A stretch of DNA of 56,642 bases, filler included, from Sphacelaria rigidula (Eukaryota): NCBI GenBank assembly GCA_964200075.2. It is 4 parts of 4 records of this genome, joined end to end, with 100 filler letters (N's around TTAATTAATTAA, not from the genome) between each part and the next. Parts side by side here need not be neighbours in the genome. Positions count along the whole stretch, not along the records: positions 42,563 to 56,642 come from CAXNAA020002467.1; 3 more parts are not named here. The stretch is one strand, 5' to 3'. Below are positions 50,654 to 56,642 of the stretch, in pieces. The number at the start of each line of letters is the position of its first letter. Position 1 is the stretch's first letter. Under the pieces are notes generated by a model. That model did not search any database and had not been told where the DNA came from. It saw nothing but the letters and a program-made list of their open reading frames with translations. Made by a program: the position numbers and the translations under genes.

Positions 50654-53600
50654 ACACATCCGCGGGTCGGACAGGTCATGAGATGCCGAATAATAACTGA
50701 TCGAAGACAGCTTTCAACTCCGTTGCCCCAAAACACAAAATACATGACACCAGGGTCCAAGAAGCCAAAGCGCTGCCTTCTCGCTACTCCGCGTGCTCGG
50801 TGGTCAGCGCAGTAGGGAGAAAATATGGAAAAAGGGGCCAAATGAGCTAGCTCATGATCCGGAACAGTGATTGATTTGATCGATTGTCGCACTTGAACTG
50901 ATCCCCCAGGGATCCAGCCGTGGTTACCCCAGACAAAGCAAAACCGAAGCACTCGGTGAAGAATAAACAAGAACCAGAGAATGTAGAACAGAACAACGTA
51001 TGACAGTAGACTCCGAGGGAAAAAAAAATATGACCGGCCTCTGCCACATGGCTGCAGAAAAGTTCTTGGAGAAAGATTGCGGCTCATTTACTACGATCGC
51101 ACCATTTGGTGTATATTCTCTCTCATCTATGGACATACACAACGAAGCGAGGCACGACACTGCTCTGGCATACACCGGGAGGAAAGAACACACAATTACA
51201 GAGAGTAAGACGGAGGAAAGGGAGAACGGAGAGGGAGACTACATTAAAGTACACTAAGAAGGAGTAGTACTCATTGTAGGTAGCTCAGAGTTGTCCGACG
51301 TGTACGTATTTCGGGTACTAAGAGTCGTCGAAAATACACACAGCGTACAGGAGAACTATCAGGTTGATTTTTCACGAACTACTGTTGTAGCCGTGAAGAT
51401 GGCGTCCAGGCATCGTAAACGTTGGATCATTTCCAAGTGTGAGGGTGCCGTGTCGATCCGAGGATGCGAACAAAAAGGCAATGAGGCGGTCCACCAACAC
51501 GGGTGTACGATTCGTTTTGACGAATTGGGAAGCCATAAAAACAACAACAACAAAAACTACAGCCGCAAAATGAAACATTCGGTTGTTCCGGGCTCCGGGT
51601 GCTCGAGGATCAAACCTGCAGCTACACGGAACACGGGGAAGACGCGAACAGGCAACGCAGTTGGATATCATGATATCATGTCGTGCTTCAGAGAAAAAAA
51701 CGCAAAACAGAAAGTGATCAACGCGCGTGCTCTGTCGCAATCAAGAGGTCAACAAAACAAAATGGGGCACCAGTTATCCGCCCTTCATAAAAACAGAATT
51801 GCCGCTTCATCTCCACGTGCTGTGTGTCCGCTAGTGCAGGGCATACTGTACCATATCGAGGCACGTGAGCAAGCACCAGTCCCAAGAACCTACCTCGACT
51901 ACGCCAGAGTTGCGGAAATGCAGTGGCGTTTTGTAGATACCACCGCTCTCGGAGCCTACGACCTGCACACCACGTGAACAGCAAAACAGAGCACGGTTCA
52001 ATGTGGCAGTGACGCAGAATCATATTTTCATGTCAAATATAACATTTGGCGTCGAAGCTTGTAGAAGACCTGTTCAGACAACAGTCATCGATGTTGCTTC
52101 TACTGAAGTACCTATTGCCACACCATACGGAATATCGTTGCGTTTACTTGAAGCTAGGTACGCCCTCACCAGGTCCTTTTGCTCTTCCCCTTGAGCTAGG
52201 GCCATGCTGCTGACAGTTATTGGCTTGCCGCCGTAGCTAGCAGGTCCCCGAGGCACGCGTCGCGGCAAAAATACAAAAATACAAATCCGCAGAAAATGCG
52301 CGTAGTTGAAGCTTTTAGAAAAGGAACAACCCAAGAAGCAGGAGGATGAAGCACCCATGGCCCCGGGAATGTCGTCAAGGGTATATATAAAATGAACGGC
52401 GCCTGTGCCACCGCCGTGAGCAGAACGTACATGGCTGCGCCCAGCGCTAGACCACTTGTATATACGCGTGTGTGTAACCACCGACTGATTATGCTTGGGG
52501 AGTTTACGTGGCTTGAAGCATATCATATCGTGCACCTCCTGAAAAATATGTCAAGTTGTCAGCTCTGCACACCCGTTCCGATATGAACAACAACCTATTA
52601 GTCGTGATTGCTCTCGCACACAAACGCATTCACCATTCATCAACACATCGTGCGAGCACCAGGAGGGCAACACAAGCTTGTTGGCCACCTCTCGTCACAT
52701 CGAGCTGCGACATACCACAGAAACGTGACAAGACATTTGGGTGCCTGAGCTCATATCACACGGGCTGCAACAGCAAAAGAACAAGAGGTTCATCAGGCAT
52801 TATGATACATTCAAAAGATGGAGAGAAAAAACGGCGAGATCAGAGCGGGATGCGTGCACCTACCTGAGGTGCATCTCCTGCAGCGGCTGGCTGAGTTGAC
52901 TAGGGTTCCACCTTGACACCCGGCCGTCTGTCGATGCCGTCAGGAGTGAAGGGGCGTTCTCGGTCCCTGAAATGCATGGGTAGGACAAGCCGCTGGATAA
53001 GCAGAAGCATATGGCCACAAGAGCGAGCAAACCATCCTCAGTGAACCAAGTCTTCGTTATCGATCAACGCCACCAGAATCGAACCAAACAGCATTGGCAA
53101 ACAAACTAGCACCACCAAGCCAAGTAATGATAAGAAACAGGACATCGGCAAAACACGTAACCAGCAGCAAAAATCAAATACGACCCCCACGATGGTTGTA
53201 GTGATGCACGTTTTCGGACAAGAAAACCCGACTGGATATATGATGAGGGAATGTCGACAGAAAGTGCCATCAAGACGTTGCACCGGATAAAACCACCACC
53301 GACCGACCTCCAATATGCAGATTGTAGACGGGGTAGGTGTGGCCCGTTGCAGAAAGCGGCGTGCGTTGCACCGGTAATGACTTGGCTCGGGTATCCCACA
53401 CCACCACCTGTTACACACGAGAGAAAAGCAGAGCTGAGAAGTGCTTGGAAACTGCTGGGATTATTGCATCAACAGAGCCGTGCAATCGCGTCTCCAAGTG
53501 TCACGTCTCGATGGACAACATGACGGTCGTGGTAGATGGAATACTTCACTCTACTTTTCAAGAGAATGTAATGCTCAAGGCTCTGTTGCCTTCGGCTGAC

Positions 53601-55566
53601 AACACGAACGTTATCTACTTTTTCCCATGTGCAACGGCAGTGACGGCAGGATAGACCACACATGACAAAAGGCGCCTCCTGAAAAAATCCGTCCTTCTAC
53701 GGCATTTTTGCGTCAGAGGTCTTCGGTACTTTCCCGGGCGGTCTGCTGGCCACTTTGACTTTGTATGCTTAAACGATCCAGAGCGCCCATTCCGGAGCGG
53801 TGTGTGAGGCACCACTCAGAGATATCTTTTCTTTTTGCAAACCTTGAAAATATGAAAAACCAACATGACAAGGGAAAGTCATCAAGGATTCGTCACAGAC
53901 AAGGAAATGATCACTGACACCTGGCGGCAGTGCTCTTGCCTGTCCCGAGTAGGTACCCCCGATGATCACGTGGGTGTCGAACGGGTGAAATCTTGCAGTG
54001 AGCACTGGACTCTGAGAAGACAGTTGGTACTCGGGTCGGTGCTGCATTGCCATAGACCTGTCATCCCGACATGAAACGCACAGGCCGCAGAAAAACCGTG
54101 GTGCGTCGGGTGTTATGGTGGTAGGTGGGCACCGCGACCCCGTTATGTATTGATGGCATGTTCACTGAACGGTGGTATCCAAGAGTAAAATATCCTATAA
54201 CCACGCCGGACGGTCCAAACGGTGCTCGTACATGTTGGAAACATTTGAAAAAACATTCACATTATTCGTCCTGGGTACATGGGGGTTGCGTTACATACGG
54301 TAGTAGCTCCACAAAGCGCATACGTTTCACAGCGGACGGTGCGCCTACAAAGCTTCCAAGAATAGCAAGAATCATTACTCGTTCGAATAATAAAGTCTAG
54401 GATTCCTCACGCCTCATGGCTCGAAAAATAGAAAATAGTGATTTCTGTGGATGGGTGTTTTTAGGTTGATGAGCGTGAACCAGCCTGTATCCTCAACGAC
54501 AGTGTCACTGGCGATGAATGCTGTTATGCCGTTGGAAAGCAATGACGGAGAATTCAGTCATCATGGATGTGACACACCTTCCGTCGCCGTAGCGCTCGAG
54601 TTGTGGAGAAGTCGTCTTTTGCAACAACAGAAAAATTACCTCCACCCCCGCAATTACAACATTCTCTGTTTTACACGAACACCAGGCGGTTGGTGTCGGC
54701 GTGGAGTGCAGCAGGGGCGAAGTTTCAACACCCCACGGTACTCGAACACTTCGACGCTACATGAAGATTTCTTGTCAAGACTTCGGTGCTCGTGACACCA
54801 CAAATTGGGTCGTTGATTAATTGATCGCTTGATGACTGCCGTGCACTCACTGACTCGTTACGTTGGAAATGTCTCATCGATACCTGTACATGCTATGCCG
54901 CAAAGAGAGCATGAAAATCAAAAACATTAACCATGCCTCTGTCTTACTTTACTGTTATTTCTCCTTAACAAAAAAACTTCCAACACAGCATGGATGGTCG
55001 GGTAGGGTGTCGTGTGCCGTATCTGCCTCCGCAACACCATCATCCTGTACCTTATCATGTTCGTCACATTCGTCTTAACGGTTATATCGTTCCCGCTTAC
55101 CTCTATCGTTTCTGTTACACCGCAAACCCAGATCCACCACGTTTCGCTGATGTTTGCTTTCGTTGATGAATCTAGAAGTATCGTTTTTCCGCGCCTCGCG
55201 CGAGTTCGACGTTTCCTTTGAATACCACCCCCTCAAGCCATCACTGCCTTACTTCATTTACTATTATTTCCCCCATCTCCTCCATCCCCATTTCATGATA
55301 TCCGTCACGTACCTGCTCACATCCTCTCTTCCCTTTCCCCGCACTTTTTTTTCACCGCCAATGGAACGGTGTACATACACTACGAACTACGGTAGAACTG
55401 CGTGCACGTACCACATGAGCACCAGTCCATCGGCATCGGTGTGCAGGGAAGAGGATGAGGTGGCATCCAGTGAATGTCCTCGTGCGCTGTAGCTTGCCAG
55501 CACCAGTTCCGGCCGATGAGGAGACCATTGTAAGTTCGTCAGAGCGCGCTCCTGACACCATCGGTC
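46932..55566 (-). CDS. DYNC1I: Cytoplasmic dynein 1 intermediate chain (WD40), partial; 10 exons, N-terminal and last exon(s) not located
   Basis: Exons 55412-55566, 53940-54057, 53308-53407, 52864-52966, 52170-52236, 51894-51962, 50409-50458, 48674-48811, 48021-48126 and 46932-47006 splice in matching phases. The product has DIC-type motifs [106 protein letters not shown] and [12 protein letters not shown]. Confidence 0.93.
48021..48126 (-). CDS. DYNC1I: Dynein intermediate chain exon ([23 protein letters not shown]...)
   Basis: gcag| and |gttggt, phase 2 to 0. Confidence 0.9.
48674..48811 (-). CDS. DYNC1I: Dynein intermediate chain exon ([21 protein letters not shown]...DAKW)
   Basis: ctag| and |gtgaga, phase 2 to 2. 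Confidence 0.92.
50409..50458 (-). CDS. DYNC1I: Dynein intermediate chain exon ([16 protein letters not shown])
   Basis: ccag| and |gtaccg, phase 0 to 2. Confidence 0.85.
51894..51962 (-). CDS. DYNC1I: Dynein intermediate chain exon ([23 protein letters not shown])
   Basis: gcag| and |gtaggt, phase 0 to 0. Confidence 0.88.
52170..52236 (-). CDS. DYNC1I: Dynein intermediate chain exon ([22 protein letters not shown])
   Basis: ctag| and |gtgagg, phase 2 to 0. Confidence 0.85.
52864..52966 (-). CDS. DYNC1I: Dynein intermediate chain exon ([20 protein letters not shown]...)
   Basis: ttcag| and |gtaggt, phase 1 to 2. Confidence 0.9.
53308..53407 (-). CDS. DYNC1I: Dynein intermediate chain exon ([19 protein letters not shown]...)
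   Basis: cag|GTG...GAG|gtcggt; not in the ORF track in this frame. Confidence 0.9.
53940..54057 (-). CDS. DYNC1I: Dynein intermediate chain exon ([10 protein letters not shown]...GGTYSGQ), GC donor
   Basis: cag| acceptor; ends CAG|gcaaga; phase 2 to 0. Confidence 0.88.
55412..55566 (-). CDS. DYNC1I: Dynein intermediate chain exon ([16 protein letters not shown]...DGLVLMW)
   Basis: cag| acceptor, |gtacgt donor, phase 0 to 2. Confidence 0.9.
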
Positions 55567-56642
55567 CTGGATTATGACAGAAATATCAATTATCACACAC
55601 GTATGAATCGTCAAAAAAAAAGTACTGTTCAACGTTAGCACCAACCACGGCAGTGGTCTACATTTACAGCCATCAGCCCCACAGGTCTCCAACTGCACCT
55701 CGTCAAAGGCATGAGTTCACTTTCAGTGAACTGTAGCAGAAGGGTATCGACATATTCTCATCAAGTGAAAACTGCGCAGTATTGCGCTCAGCATTCTTCC
55801 TTATTTTATAACCCCCCGTATGAAAAAAAGGTAGTGAACGCCCAAAATATGGAGGTGTCTATTAGGAGTAGGAACGGTGCTCCGTCTCGAAAGGGATGCG
55901 TGGTCAACGGTCAAATGAAGCAGGCGAGCAACAAGTGAGTACGCCCTGCCTGCCGTCCCGCCCTCCAAAAGATGGTCAGCGGAGTGTACACAAGAATAAC
56001 GTAGCACTTCACTCAACAAATGAGGCCATGACGAATACGAGCTGGGGCAGCCTACAGCAATTTTTGGTGCTAGACCAGGTTTACAGGGGTCGTTTTTTGG
56101 TGTCGGAGGCCGGAATTTGACTCAAGATTATATCATACGCAAAAACGTACTGACGTGAGGACCCAGAAGAAAACATGAGAAAAACTGCAAGTTAGGGGCA
56201 GTTGAATATTCGAAAAAAGAGAAAACGTCATGACTACAATAAACAAATATATACTTGAATCCCCACTATTCTGAAAAAAAGGGAAACTATCAAAACTTAA
56301 CAAGAGTATATTATTACCTTGGCCTACTTCAATGCGTTTTTTCGTATTGAAGTGTGTAACATACGTGTAAAAATTCAGCTAGAACTCCTCACATTGGGCC
56401 GTGCGTTCCATTTTTGTACCTCAACGCGTGATTGCGATCGCGGGTACTGTTGACCCAGTAACTCACTAGGATTTACTAATGAGCCAGAAAAGGGCGCCGT
56501 TTTTTGCTGAATCAGCTTTGAACGGATCATTCGAAGGAGTTTGGAGCTGGAATTATAATACCAGATCTATCACACGCGGGCGGGAGTGTACTCACGATCA
56601 TGCATGCCATGGTCATAAGAACATTGACCTCGCATCCCTACA

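Noticed and set aside
51291-51977. 228-aa plus-strand ORF
   Set aside because: Antisense to a dynein exon and intron, non-ATG start, no domain signal

Overview
Eukaryotic, intron-rich and repeat-rich DNA. The repeat style, long introns and TTAGGG-type repeats suggest a brown alga or related stramenopile (inference). The window is not one locus. It holds four pieces of 14091, 14088, 14083 and 14080 nt joined by artificial N44-TTAATTAATTAA-N44 linkers, consistent with size-sorted unplaced scaffolds. Piece 1 (1-14091) carries a spliced + strand gene for a signal-peptide protein. Its first intron holds three long fold-back hairpins, two built from inverted copies of its own exon 1, and a further inverted exon-like duplication lies downstream. 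Piece 1 also has a telomere-repeat-bearing MITE family and tRNA-derived SINEs. Piece 2 (14192-28279) is transposon debris: hAT-type non-autonomous elements (one carrying a ~590-nt hairpin), a decayed Tc1/IS630-like transposase and unidentified degenerate coding remnants. Piece 3 (28380-42462) carries a minus-strand spliced gene with a duplicated uncharacterised domain, plus several hairpins. Piece 4 (42563-56642) carries ten phase-consistent exons of a cytoplasmic dynein intermediate chain, including a probable GC-AG intron.
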